A stretch of DNA of 64,000 nt from the human T2T-CHM13v2.0 reference genome, Homo sapiens. The translations under genes and the position numbers were made by a program. The notes under the pieces were generated by a model. It ran no database searches. It saw nothing but the letters and a program-made list of their open reading frames with translations, and was not told where the DNA came from. This document shows, piece by piece, positions 14,037-30,592 of the stretch; within the stretch, counting starts at the first letter, position 1; the number at the start of each line of letters is the position of its first letter. The stretch lies in assembly GCF_009914755.1 (NCBI RefSeq), contig NC_060944.1. One strand, 5' to 3'.

Positions 14037-14484
14037 CGAGATGTGCAGACGACCAACAGGAAACCCACACTGCTTCACGCCATCAACCTCATTGCAGCCA
14101 GGTTCCACCCAACCCTCCACCTTCTGCCTAGCCAGCCACAGCTGTGGACTCTTGCACTTTCAAACAAGGATCCAGGCATCAGTCCCAAATCCTTCAAACT
14201 CCTGGAAACTTTCGTCAATCTCTGAAATGCCTCCATCGCCTTGAGATGTGGTGGAGACACAACAACCATCCTCTCCAAAGGCACCTGCACTGCCTGTCTC
14301 TTCACCTCCCAAGGATTCTTAGCATCTCTGTTACAGCTTGGAGGCCGATGAGGAAGCTGGAGCAGAACCCATTCACCATCACTAAGGTGATCTCACAAAC
14401 TGGCCCGGTCTTTGGAGCACCTGTCAGAACTTGATACAAATAAGCCACATTTAATATTATTGCAAAACTGTTGTTATTGGCACA

Positions 14485-15399
14485 TTAATAGAACAATCAA
14501 ATTCTGGAAAATATTTTAAAGAGGTTTATTGTGAGCTAATATGAGTGACATGGAATGGGAAACAGTCTCAAGAGGTCCTGAGGAAGTGTGTGCAAGGCAG
14601 TTGGGTTACAGTTTGGTTTTACACATTTTAGGGAGACAGAAATTATAGATAAAATCATAAATCAATACATGTTATATTCAGCCTAAACAAGTGGAATAAG
14701 GAGTGGGGGAAGGGGTGGCTTGAAGGTCATAGGTAGATTTAAAGATTTTCTGATTAGCAATTGGTTGAAAGAGTTAAGCTTTGCCTAAAGACTTGAAGTC
14801 GGTAAAAAAAAAATGATTGAGTTAAGTTAAGGAGGTCGTGGAGGCCAAGGTTCTTATTATGTAGATGAAGTCTCAGACTTAGCAGCTTGTGGAGAGAATA
14901 GATGGTAAATGTCTCTTTTCAGAAATTAAAGGTGTGAAGCTTTCAGTTAAACTCTCCTAGATCCAGGGAAAGACCTAGAAAGGGAAAGCTTGGTTGCATT
15001 AGTGGAGATTCTATACAGATGTAAATTTCCTCCACAAAAGACAGCTTTGCAAAGTCATTTCAATCTATTGGCCCTGTGAGAGCCATTTCAAAATATGACG
15101 ATACAATATATTTTGGAGTGAAATGTTTTTATTTCTTTCAGGTCCTGCTATCTGTCATATGATGCTATCCCAGAAAGGAATTTGGTATCTTATTGCCAAA
15201 GAGTCTGCATTGTCAGTCTGATCATCTCTGAATGTTGGTCAGTGGTACCTAAACCCCAAAAGAGAGGGGGAATAATGGGATGTCTGACCTCCCTTCCTAT
15301 CACGACCAGGAATTCCCTTTTTCAGGTTTCCCTGGAGTCCCCTTGGCCAGGAGGAGCATCTGTTCAATTGGATGGGGAGCTCACAATTTTATTTTTGGT
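14485..15399 (-). mobile_element. MER4-group ERV1 LTR
   Basis: AAAATATTTTAAAGAGGTTTATT..GAGC.AATATGAGTGAC, TACAGTTTGGTTTTACACATTTTAGGGAGACAG, ATTTTATTTTTGGT. Confidence 0.75.
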
Positions 15400-15675
15400 G
15401 AATTGTGTCCCCTCAAAATTCCTATGCTGAAGCCCCGACTCCCAGGACCTCAGAATGTGAATGTATTGGGAGATTAGGCCTTTAAAGAGGTGATTAAGTA
15501 AAAATGAGGTCGTTAAGGGGGGCCCTCATCCAACCTGACTCAAGTCCTCACAAGAAGAAGAAATGTGAACACACAGAGAGACACCAAGGATATGCAGGCA
15601 CATACAAAAGACCAGGGGAGGACATGGCCAGAAGGTGGCCATCTACAAGCCAAGGAGAGAGGCCTCAGAAGAAAC

Positions 15676-16565
15676 TGAGGAGAGCAAAGATCCAGCAGAC
15701 CAGCCAGAGGCAAAACTCCCTGTCTGAGGAATTCAGAAGTAATTAGACTTCCCTATTAGCAAAAGCCAGCATCTGGTACTGTACCCAGTGAAGGGTGTCC
15801 AGGTTCTTGGTGTCTTGAACAAAGAACTGGACAAAACACACAAACAAAGCATGGAAAGAATGAAGCAACAAAAGCAGAGATGTATTGAAACGAAAGTACA
15901 CCCACCCCACAGAGTGAAAATGGGCCTGAGCATAGCCCCGTTACAGAATTTTTTGGGGTTTAAATACCCTCTAGAGGTTTCCACTGGTTACTGGGTATAT
16001 GCTCTATGTAAATGAAGAGGATGAAGTAAGGTTACGAAATCATTTACTCAGTGTACACCCTATGTAAATGGCGAGGATATTTCCTGTCATAGCTGAAGTG
16101 TTTCCATTTGATTTAGTTCTAGGAGGTCCTTAGATTCTCTGCCTCCAGACCCTATTCTCCTGCCTCAGTACCAGGCTTCTTTCCCAAAACTTTATAAGTA
16201 ACTAGAATTTCTATACATCTCCAGAATGCAGGCATGTCAAAACCCATTGCGCAACCCTTACTGAGGTCAAGGCACCAAAATGTCTGAAAATGTAACCATT
16301 TATCATAACCTACGTGCTGAATATGGTCCAAATTACCTTTAGGCTCCTGCTTTAAGGTCCATAAACAGCCCTAAGGAAAATCCACCGCAGGGCGCTCAGT
16401 CCTCTCTTGCTGAAGTGCCCCACTCCACTCTGCTGAAGGGTTCTTTCTATTCTTTCTATCACATAAAACTTTCCTTTTCAAACCTGTACTGTTGTTGGTA
16501 AATTCTTCCTGCCACCTGCAAGCCAACCACTTTCCATTGCCAGGGCCCTGACATCCTACCCAGCA
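15676..16565 (+). mobile_element. LTR47/MER72-like LTR inserted into the MLT1
   Basis: TG..CA ends, exact 5-bp TSD GAAAC; similar to 6665-7157. Confidence 0.75.
15780..16167 (-). mobile_element. MER61/MER51-family ERV1 LTR (innermost layer)
   Basis: Ends in CCTCCAGACCCTATTCTCCTGCCTCA (reverse complement of TGAGGCAGGAGAATAGGGTCTGGAGG); exact 4-bp TSD GTAC. Confidence 0.8.
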
Positions 16566-16783
16566 GAAACCACTCATGACAACGCTTGGATCTTGGACTT
16601 CCAGCCTCCAAAACTATGAGAAAATCAATTTCTGTTGTTTAAGCCACCCAGACTGTGGTGTTTTGTTATAACAGCCCTAGCAGAGTAATGCAGGCCTATA
16701 TTGGCTAAACTTCCAATCCTTTTGGAAAAGAGTCATAGTATAAATGCTTAAATAAAATATAAATAAACATATAAATAAAATAC

Positions 16784-18098
<1,315 letters not shown>

Positions 18099-19304
18099 AA
18101 ATAAAATACTATTTCTAATACAGTCCATACAAGGAGAGACATGATCTTTTTTAGTATTAGATAATAATAACAATAGCAAACACCAATCAAATGCTTACTA
18201 CGTGCAAGCACCATGATAAATTCTAATACACATTGTTTAATCAAACTTAATAACAGCTCAGTAAATAACCACTGTTATAACCTCCATTTTAAAGATTACA
18301 AAACTAAACCCTCAAAAGGTTAAGTTAAACTAGCCCAATGCCACAGAGTTAATAAATGGCAGCAATGAGAGCTGAACCAAAGGAATCTGTGTCCAGTCTC
18401 ACTCATAATGATCACATAATTCTGAAGGAAAATGTCTGGACAAATACATTTTGAGTAAAACCAACCAACCAACCAAGAAACAAAAAAACAAGTTTCACTC
18501 ATCCCAACCCCCAGGTGACATAAGCAATACACTGCTCCTTCTGTGACGCCTCTCCAGGTTAATCATTCTTGCACTTGGAGCAGGTATGCATTTCAGTCTG
18601 CAAACACAGACTATTAAAGATACATAATTTTGTGCATCACTCAAAGGTTCTGTTTCTAGGCTTCATTCCATCCAGTGTTAGAAACTAAATTTCTATCAGT
18701 TGGTAGCCGCCTCCTTCCTCAAGGTGACTTCTATATTCTGGAGGCTTCTGTGACATCAAACATCCAGGCAGGGAATGCCTGGACCTAGTGTCACGGTCCA
18801 ACATCACCACGTGTGGCAGTCCACCATGCTGCCTCCTCCCCAACTCCTAACACTAGCTTGGGCTCCTGGGAAATACTCCTGCTCCCTGTCCTCTCCAGGC
18901 TGTGGAAGATCTGCTGCTGAACCCCTCTGGTCCCACAAAATCATCCTGATGCCTCTTAACCCTGCGGAGGCCTCAGGAAACACTGTGAGCGTGTCCAAGG
19001 CACAAAAGCCTAGACGAGCCGGACCAGCATGCTTTTACTCCTATGCATTGTAGGACCATATCCCCAGGCTTTGCCAAGGGATAGGGAACAAGCGTGTCTC
19101 TGGTCTCAGACACACCAAGGTCATCTTTGATATTTACCATGTCTCTACTCCCTCACTGGGATCAGTGTAGCTGAGGGATAAGGACACAGGAGTTGAGCAT
19201 ATTTAATTGCATACAGGTTTAGCTGCTGGACCCAGAGATCCAAAATAGCAGTGGCATATGAAAGAGAGAGGTTTCTTTTTTCCCATGTGAAAATGCAGGG
19301 AGAA

Positions 19305-19590
19305 GCCTGGCACAGTGGCTCACGCCTGTAATCCCAGCACTTTGGGAGCCTGAGGCAGAAGGATCACTTGAGGCCACGAGTTTGAGACCAGCCTGGGCAA
19401 CACAGCAAGACCAGATCTCTACCAAAAAATATATATATATAATTGCAATTAGCTAAGTGTGGTGGCACACACCTGTAGTCTTAGCTACTCTGGCTGAGGT
19501 GGAAGGATCTCTTGAACCCAGGAGTTTGAAGCTACAGTGAGCTATGATCACACCTCTGCACTCCAGGCTGGGTGACAGAGCAAGAGCCTA

Positions 19591-19642
<52 letters not shown>
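19305..19642 (+). mobile_element. Alu, AluJ-like, with an A45 tail
   Basis: Dimeric Alu; pure A run at 19598-19642. Confidence 0.9.
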
Positions 19643-19644
<2 letters not shown>

Positions 19645-20612
19645 TGGTGGGGAAGGTAGGCAGCTCAGAGCTGGTATGGTAGCTCCACAACTGTCGGAAC
19701 AATGCTAGGATGGTTTCTCATTTGTCATTCTGCCAGCATCAACACACAGCTTCTAACTTATTATCCAAGACTGTTTCAAGAGCCCCCGCCATCCCATTCT
19801 CCTTCCCATCACCAGGAAGAAGGAAAAGGGGAAAAGGGAGGGTATTCCTCTCAAGAGTCCAGTGTGCAGACTGGCTCCTCACTTCCTCCTCATTCCATCC
19901 GTAGAATGAGTTGAAATGTACTCTTTACTGTATTGCCTTCTATCTGAGCATCATTTAAAACTTTGAAGCAACTTCTTACATTCTGTTTTTTCTCCAGTCT
20001 TCCTAAAGCCGCCAAGTTGGCTAGAAAACATCTTAAGCTGGAAAACCGTGGGTCCAACTACAAAGTGCACTGTTCCATGACAGGGCAGTCTGGATATTGG
20101 GACTACCTGCGGCAGTCACATCACCTCAGCTCAAGTATTGAGAGAGGTAGAAAACAGGAACTGGTTAAGATTTCAAAACATCCTGCCATGCTCATCATCC
20201 CAAGTTGTGATTCTTTGCTTACAAGCTCTTCTCTCCCATTTATCTCAGTGTTCTTAAGGCCACTGACCCAGAATTTACTTTTCTGTTCTTGACCCCTCTG
20301 GCCTGAGCCTCGCAGAGTCCCTGGCTTATGGCAGATGCTCAATAAATGTTTATTTGCAGCATCCTACATCATGCACTGACTTAGCACATTTTTGAGTGCC
20401 TACTATTCATTAAGCTAAAAATCTCCCCATTCTCTGTCATCTCAAAGGCACTTTTCTTGGGCAACACTCTCAAGCCTCTGTGAAGTCCACTTTATGAATT
20501 TAGAAGAGTTTCCATGGAAGAAAACATATTCTCAAGTACAGAAATCAAGATGAAAGCTGTGGCTGCATTCTCTTGGTCTAGGCATCAGTTAGGATGACAT
20601 TTTTCTGAAGAC

Positions 20613-21376
20613 TGAGGACTAAGCTCTGATTTTTTTTTATCTTGCCCAAATTCCTATCTAGGAAGTCGAGGGAGTTATTCCCTACAAACCATAAATTCTC
20701 ATCAGATGGGTTTTATTTAACCCCATATATCATGGCTTACTTTCCAATCTGACCCTGGCATAACATTATGAGATAAGGAAGAAAATCAAAATGTTTTATC
20801 CCAAAATATATTTCCCTGCCATACCTCGAAATTGCCCTGCAAAGTCTCTTGTGGGAAAAATTCACAGTCTATAGAGAATCCCCTTTCCCCTTTGTTTTCC
20901 TTCCTTTCCAGATCCAGGAGATAATCAACTAAGAGCCAGGTACCCTTTTAGGTCTGATAAGAAACATTTTACAACCTGCTCTCTCTCTCTCTGAAGGCTG
21001 ACTATCTGAGTTTCCTCTGCATAATAAAACTTGGTCTCCACAATCCTTTATCTTAACCTAAACATTTCCTTTTATCCCAGGTCTTCAGATAAATTCAACC
21101 AATTGTTAGCCAGAAAATGTTTAAATTTACCTACAGCCTGGAAGCCCCCGCTTTGAGTTGTCCCGCCTTTCTGAATGAAACCAATGTACTTCTTAAGTGT
21201 ATTTGATTGATGTCTCATGTCTCCCTGAAATATATAAAACCAAGCTGTAACCCAACCACCTTAGGCACTGGTTCCCAGGATCTCCCGAGGGCTGTGTCAT
21301 GGGCCATGGTCATTCATATTTGGCTCAGAATAAATCTCTTCAAATATTTTACAGAGTTTGACTCTTCTCATTGACA
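20613..21376 (+). mobile_element. MER4-group (MER4D/E-like) solo LTR
   Basis: TGAGGACTAAGCTCTGATTTTT...GGCTCAGAATAAATCTCTTCAAATATTTTACAGAGTTTGACTC...ACA; exact 4-bp TSD AGAC. Confidence 0.85.
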
Positions 21377-21412
21377 AGACAATGGTGGCTTTAAAAAGAA
21401 ATAGAATTTTCA

Positions 21413-21791
<379 letters not shown>

Positions 21792-22098
21792 TCATACACC
21801 CAAGTTGTTTCCAGGTTGTTACCCCTTGAGTGTAGCCCTAGTCCTCGTGGTCCAAAATAATGATTAGAGCTCCAGCCATCACAGGTATCTTCAGGTAGCA
21901 GGATGGAAGAAAGGACAGAGTGCAGGGGTAAGGCCATTCATCAGCTCTGTTTTAGGAACTGTTGCTGGAAGCTGCCACACAAAATTTCCACTCCTATCTT
22001 AAGTGTCCAGAATCTAGCCACACAAACATATCTAGCTGCAAGGGAGACTGAGAAATGGAGTATTAACTCTGAGTAGCCATATGTAATTTTGCTATTAC

Positions 22099-22733
22099 TG
22101 TCAAAGGCGTTTGAACTAGAGTGACTCCATCTTGAATTGGGGCTGAGTAAAATAAGGCTGAGCTCTACTGGGCTACATTCCCAAGAGGTTAGACATTCTT
22201 AGTCATCGAATGAGATAGGAGCTCAGCATAAGATACAGGTCACAAAGACCTTGCAGATAAAAGAGGATGCAGTAAAGAAGCCTGCCAAAACCCACCAAAA
22301 CCAAGATGGCAATGAAAGTGACCTCTGGTTGTCCTCACTGCTCATCACACGTTAGTTATAATGAATTAGCATGCTAAGAGACATTCCCGCTAGCACCATG
22401 ACAGTTTACAAATGCCATGGCAATGTCAGGAACTTACCCTACATGGTCTAAAAAGGAGAGAAACCCTCAGTGCCAAGAATTTCCCACCCCTTTCCTGGAA
22501 AACTCATGAATAATCCACCCCTTGTTTAGCATATAATCAAGAAATATCTATAAGTATACTCAGTCAAGCAGCCCATGCTGCTGCTCTGCCTATGGAGTAG
22601 CTATTCTTTTATTCTTTCATTTTCTTAATGAGCTTGCTTTCATTTTAATCTGTGAACTCACCTTGAATTCTTCCTTGCACAAGGTTCAAGAACCCTCCCT
22701 TGGGGTCTGTATTGGGACCTTTTTCCGGTAACA
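22099..22733 (+). mobile_element. MER41 solo LTR #2
   Basis: TGTCAAAGGCGTTTGAAC..CTCCATCTTGAA...CCGGTAACA; exact TSD TTAC; one intact GAS, TTCCTGGAA at 22492-22500. Confidence 0.9.
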
Positions 22734-23482
22734 TTACTACAGAATAAAAGAGAGTAGATGTTGGGAAAGGCAGACTAGCAGCCTCTGCCACAGTGAGTTG
22801 ATTTGTTCTAGATTAATGTTGAGAAAGTATTTGAGGAATTGAAACATGCTCATTACTTTATTCCCTTCATTCTAAGCATCATTTAAAATTTAAAGGCAAC
22901 TTCTTGCATTCTGTTTCTTTTGCAGTCCCTGCATGTAAAGGGGTTGTCAGCGATGGTGTCACTCAGTGGCATATCTTCTTGATGTTCCCCACAGCCAGAG
23001 GATTCTCTGGGCTTGGAGGCACCTCCCCTGCTGCTCTTCAACAATTTAGCAATCAGTGGAGACTGGGAAATAAAGGAGCAAGAGAAGCACTGGATAAGAG
23101 GGAATAGCAAATGCGAAAAGGAAAACCACAGGGGGGTGATGGTTCATTGGAAAGTATAAATTATTCATCTCATGAGCTTCTTCTCAAAGGATAAAGTTTC
23201 AATCTGCTTGGGTTTTAATTACAGCAAATCCCATGCCTAAAGGGGTATTTGATCCGAGGCAAAATTGAGCCAGTAAATTACCACCAGGGCATATGGAAAA
23301 TTTGTAAGTCAAAGAAGAAACACAGGAGCCTTGGGGACCTATAGATACCAGCTACCTGTTTTTATAGTTTGAGAAAATGTTAGTTATAACCAGGAATTTA
23401 TGGGTCTGATTAACTCACCCAACACCAGATTATTTGATTATTTAATAAACCCTAAGGGACCAAAAATAACTCTGCGTCTAGA

Positions 23483-23682
23483 ACAGGACTTTTCAACCTC
23501 AGCCTTATTGCCATTTGGGACTGGATAATTCTTTCTTGAGGGGATCAGTGCATTGTAGCATGCAGCATCACTGGCTTCTACCCAATAGATGTCAGTAGCA
23601 GCCCCCAGGAATGACAACCAAAATGTCTCCAGACATTGCCACATGTCCCCTGGGGCAAAACAGACTCCACTTAAGAACATTG
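23483..23682. mobile_element. MER20
   Basis: TTTCAACCTCAGC..GGATAATTCTTT..ATGACAACCAAAATGTCTCCAGACATTGCCACATGTCCCCTGGGG. Confidence 0.85.
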
Positions 23683-23692
23683 GCCTTGATCC

Positions 23693-24617
<925 letters not shown>

Positions 24618-24763
24618 ATCTTCTTATAATTTTTAAACAGAGACTCAAAGCTGACAACTATGTGCTTGGGTTTTATTCAGAGACCACTGTATTATTTTAA
24701 TTCAATTTTCACTTCCTTGTTCATTCATTAATTCATTTGGTGACCTTGGAATTGCAGGAGTGG

Positions 24764-25240
24764 TGTTGGAGATAAAGCTCAGAGTCATAAAGAAACTGAG
24801 CATGCAAACAAAGAGTTCCTCAGCAAGGCAAGTTTGCTTTCTGCAGAAAGGGTGCTGTTCGCAGATCTGATCACCACGAGAGCACACAGAACAAAGGAAA
24901 GCAGGGGGTTTTATTCCTAATGCAATGGGTTTCTACTACTGTGTCCTGTCTCCATTGGTCGGAGCTGGACCACACAATCTAAACTGGTCCCAGCTGGCTA
25001 ATTTGAAGTGTGCAGGGAGGGGGTTACACTGGCAGGAAGGGCAGTTTTGGCGGGAAGAGCCATTATGGCTGGAGGGGTAATCTGCAGAGTGAGTGACTAA
25101 GGGAAACGAGCAAGAAACAGATGTGGACTATAGATTAGGACCGGTAGGAAGGTTGTTTACTGCAACCAGGGGCAAGGAGACATGAAGAACAAGGAAGTTA
25201 ACATGCCAAACTTTTGAAGAGGAGCTGACTGTATCTGACA
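24764..25240 (-). mobile_element. LTR10-family (HERV-I) solo LTR
   Basis: TGTTGGAGATAAAGCTCAGAGTC..CTCAGCAAGGCAAGTTT..GAGAGCACAC..CTTTTGAAGAGGA..TATCTGACA; flanks AGTGG/AGTGA. Confidence 0.7.
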
Positions 25241-26030
25241 AGTGACCAAGGCAGGGAAGGTCCCTGCCCTCACCAAGCTTACCTGGCACTAAGCATGCAC
25301 TGGGCCTCTATAGGCCCTGTATAAGGATTGTCATGTTTCATTCCCACAACTGCCTCCAAAAGCCTGTATTAATGTTACTCTTGTTTCACAGACAATGTAA
25401 CTGAGGCTTAGCAAGGCCAAGTCACTTGCCCAAGGACACACAGCTAGGAAATGTCTGGGATCAGGAAATTTAACTCTTATGACTTGATCCCAGAATCTAC
25501 ACTTTTGTCAGAGGCATTGGAAGCAGAGCAACTGCATCTCAAATTGGGGCTGGGTAAAATAAGGCTGAGCTCTACTAGGCTGCATTCCCAGGGGGTTAGG
25601 CATTCTTAGTCACAGGATGAGACATGAGGTTGGTGCAAAATACAGGTCACAAACCCCCCGTGATAAAATAGGACATACTAAAGAAACCTGCCAAAACCTG
25701 CCAAAACTAAGATGGCAATGAAAATAACCACTGGTCATCCTCACTGCTTATCATACGTTAATTATAAGGCATTAGCTTCTGAAAGACACTCCCACCAGCA
25801 CCATGAGAGTTTACAAATGCCCTGGCAATGTCTGAAAGTTACCCTATGTGATGTAAACGGGAGATGAACCCTCAATTCCAGGAAATCTCCTCTCCTTTCC
25901 CAGAAAAATCATGAATAATCCACCCCTTGTTTAGCATATAATCAAGAAATCACCATAAAAAATAGTCAACCAGCAGCCCTTGGGGCTGCTCTGCCTATGG
26001 AGTAGCCATTCTTTTGTTTCTTTACTTTCT

Positions 26031-27022
<992 letters not shown>

Positions 27023-27431
27023 TGAGATCTGCATCAAGTCCGCTTTCTGGTAACATTTTCAGCCATTAATTTAGTATCAACGATATGCCAAGCATTGTAT
27101 TTGGGACTTAACATAATTATCACACAACAACCTAAGAAGGATAGGTTATTGATCCCATTTCATAGATAAAGAATCTGAGGCTCTAAGGTGAAGCCTTAGA
27201 GTAGGGAGTAGGATTGCCATGGCAGGCCTAGATCAATCTTAATTTATCTCCTGGGGTTTGCCACAGTGCCACCAACACAAAGTCTAGGTTCTGCTGCCAG
27301 GAACAAGAAAGCATAGTTGTTTGCAGGCAACCAACAAGGAATGTCCGATTGACCACATCTGTTACTTCACATCCAGTATCTCACAGGATGCCTGACATAC
27401 TTGGTAAATGTTTATTGATTGAATCAGATTC

Positions 27432-27871
27432 TGTATTCATCAGCTCAGGCTGTTCTAACAAAATACCATAGCCTGGGAGGCTTAGACAACAGAAATTTAT
27501 TTTCTCTTGGGTTTGGAGGCTGGAAGGCAGAGTTCAAGGATCAAATATGGTTGGGTTCTGGTGAGCACTCTCTTCCTGGCTTGCAAATGGCCACCATCTC
27601 ACTGTGTCCTCATATGTTACAGAGAGAGAGAGGGAGAGAGAGAGAGAGCAAGAGAGAGAGAGAGTGAGAGAGAGAGAGAGAGAGAGAAAGTGATCTCCTT
27701 CCTCTTCTTTTAAGGTCACAGTCCTATGGCATTAGGACTCTTATGACCACTCTTATGACCTCATTTAATCTTACTTACCTCCTAAAGACTCTATCTCTAG
27801 ATGCAGTCACACATTTAGGACTTTAACATATGAATTGGGGTGGGAGTATGGATACAACTCAGTTCATAGCA
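27432..27871 (-). mobile_element. MLT1A/MST-like MaLR LTR containing a (GA)n tract (27621-27687)
   Basis: TAACAAAATACCATAG..ACAACAGAAATTTATTTTCTC..CTCATTTAATCTTA.TTACCTCCTAAAG..ACATATGAATT. Confidence 0.8.
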
Positions 27872-29384
27872 GAGACAAAATAAATAAATAAATGACCAGT
27901 GATGAGTGCATGCACAGCCAAAGAATGAGCACATGCACAACTGAAGGAATGAGGGGACAAGTGACCAAATAAATTAACAGAGGCAGGGGTTCAGTTAGAT
28001 GATATTGAAGTATATACAGAAAGTCAACTTTGTACTTGTACATAAAGTCTGTACTTTGTACAGAAAGTCAATTTGGACTCTACTATAGTGCTACAATAAA
28101 TGATTTGAAAGACTACTACGTTTTGACTTCTGGAAAACCTCCCGGAAATGTACTTTCACCCTGCAGGCATGTGATTAAATGAATAGCATTTGGTGTTTCA
28201 TCACACTCAGCATTGGCTACAATCTCTCTATTCTCTTTCCACTTTCAGGTAATAACCCATAAACTCATCTTCTATGAAACAGGAAAATTGTGTTCCTAAT
28301 TAAGTCATCTTAGTTATGAGATATATTGGATGCTTACTTCAATGGATAATAAATGGAATGATGCTTTTAAACTCAAGTCTGATTCACAGGAAGGTCAAGA
28401 AACTTCAAAAACAAAAGCATTCTAACCGATTCCAACATCCTAACCCATTCTATTATCCATGCCAACCTACTGAGTTCTAACCCGTTGACTACAACTCAAC
28501 TTCTGGCACCTGACCCAGAAAAACATGCCACTGATGGCTCAAGGAAAAAAGCCAACAAGTGCAGACGAGTTTAGAAGCACCAGAGGAACAAAGGGTTTAG
28601 AGCAGAGGTTCTGCAGATGCCAACACACAGCAACCTCTCACGGACAGGACGGCAAGCAAGCCCTGCACTCAGTCATCACACATTGTTCTCTATCGCATGT
28701 TCATGCTGAATGCATCAACCCGGCTATTAAGTCAAGACATCATTATAGCCCCCACGTGAAGGACTCACACTGGACAAATCTTAATTCTCAGAAAAGTAAG
28801 GACACCTTTCAGGCAAAATCTAGACTATTAATCGTCAGTCAAGGGCCCACTCTTTTTTCTTTGAAAGCAATGTTTTCCATAAAAGCCTTGACTTTAAAAA
28901 AAAAAAAAAAGCCATTTCTAACAGAGAAAACCTTCATGTTACCATGGTTCAGATCATACATAAAGAGTTATTTTCTTGCTCTGTTTCAAAGAGAAAGGTT
29001 CCAGTGGCAAAATAGCCCACCTGTCCTTGGAGCACTTAATTTTCTTCTATCCCATTCCGCTTTATATAACGTTGTTATCTATTTTTGTCAACCAATGTTC
29101 CTTTAAATTATGAATTCAGCAAAATGAGAAAACTTCATGGTCAACTTTGTGACAATCTGAAGGACACAAAGAATTGTAAGTTTTATAACTTAGTCAATAA
29201 GAGTAGCGGATACTGTGGTGTGTTGCCTGGATTCCACTCACTAGGACAGAGGGGCTCTTTCCCCAGCTTCTAGAAGTGCTGGTGCCTGACAGAAATTAGC
29301 TGAGTCCTTCTCTGAGTGAGGCTTGTTTGCCTTCAGCAGATGAAAGATGTCTTAACTAAGGATATGCAAGGGGGAAGGGGAATT

Positions 29385-30401
29385 CCAACTTATTATCTCA
29401 CAGTTCTGTAGATCAGAAGTTCAATATAAATCTCCTTAGGTGAAAATCAAGGTGTTGGCAGGCCAGATCCTTTATTGAAGGGTCTGGGAAATATTAATAA
29501 TAAGATCCCAGGCTCACTGTTACTGTTGACATAATTCAGGTCCATGTGGTTGTAGAGCTGAGCTCTCCACTTTTTTTGCTGGTTGTTGGCTGGGGGGTGC
29601 CCCCAGCAATTGGAGACCAACACTCCTTGACTCACGATCCCTTTCATCTTCAAACCTGCAACTGCAGGTTAAGTCTTTGTCCCATCTCATCAGTCCTGCC
29701 TTCTCTTTAACGTCACTGTTTCACTGCAACAGGGAAACGTTGTCCACTTTTAAGGACTCATGTAATCAGATTTGGCTGGCCCAGATAATCCACGGTAATC
29801 TCCCCGTATCAAGGTCCACAATCTTAATCACATCTGCTGGGAACAGACCCCAAGACTGGCCATAAACAAGATCTCTGAAACACTGCGACATGATTGTGAT
29901 GGCTATGGCGCTCATGCTGGAGATTGCTGGTTTACCGGAATGAGGGCAAGGAACACCTGGCCCACCCAGGGTGGAAAACCGCTCAAGGCGTTCCTAAACA
30001 ACAATGGCATGAGCGATCTGTGCCTTAAGGACATGTCTCTACTGCAGATAACAAGCCAGAATCTGTCCCTTTGTTCTCCGTAAAGAATACTTTTAGTTAA
30101 TCTATAAACTGCAGAAACAATGTTTATCACGGGCTTACTGTCAATAAACAGGTGGGTCAAACTCTGTTCGAGGCTCTCAGCTCTGAAGGCCATTAGCCCC
30201 CTGATCCCACTTTGCACTCTATTTCTTTGTCCGTGTCTTTATTCCTCTAGTGCCGCTGGGTTGGGGTCTCCATAACCAAGCTGGTCTCAGCACACATCTG
30301 CAAAATATATTTTGCTATGTCAGGCCACGTAGTCACAGATTACTGGAACAGGGACATGGATATCTTGGAGGAAGGAGGGGTAGGATGTTTTTGCTACCAC
30401 A
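29385..30401 (-). mobile_element. MLT1D/E-like MaLR LTR split by MER9
   Basis: TTATTATCTCACAGTTCTGTAG.TCAGAAGT, TTTTAAGGACTCATGTAATCAGATT, TTAATCACATCTG continuing after the insert. Confidence 0.75.
29835..30292 (+). mobile_element. MER9-like HERV-K(HML-3) solo LTR
   Basis: TGCTGGGAACAG.CCCCAA..CTGGCCATAAACAA, GAGGGCAAGGAACACCTGGCCCACCCAGGG.GGAAAACCGCT; exact 6-bp TSD CACATC. Confidence 0.88.
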
Positions 30402-30592
30402 TGCATAAAAAAGTATATTTAGTGTATCCATGTTCATCTAGCTCTACCAGAAAAACAAAGATTCAGCTATTTATTTAGCTATCATTCTGTGTATTTCATG
30501 CCTACACTGTTGTAACTGCTGTATTGGGTGCTATGTGTATCAGTGAACAAATTAGATGGGGCCCCTGACTTTGTGGAGTTTTCAGTTTAGTA

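Larger units (their letters stand above)
15400..16692 (+). mobile_element. MLT1B-like MaLR LTR (outer layer of a nested stack)
   Basis: GAATTGTGTCCCCTCAAAATTC..CTCAGAATGTGA; resumes after 16570 with TTGGACTTCCAGCCTCC...CAGCCCTAGCAGAGTAATGCA. Confidence 0.8.

Noticed and set aside
25160-25212. p53 response element in the LTR10-family element
   Set aside because: CATG/CAAG cores are present but the flanks do not form two adjacent RRRCWWGYYY half-sites.
28525-29106. 193-aa ORF
   Set aside because: No recognisable homology; runs through a poly-A tract; no supporting gene structure.
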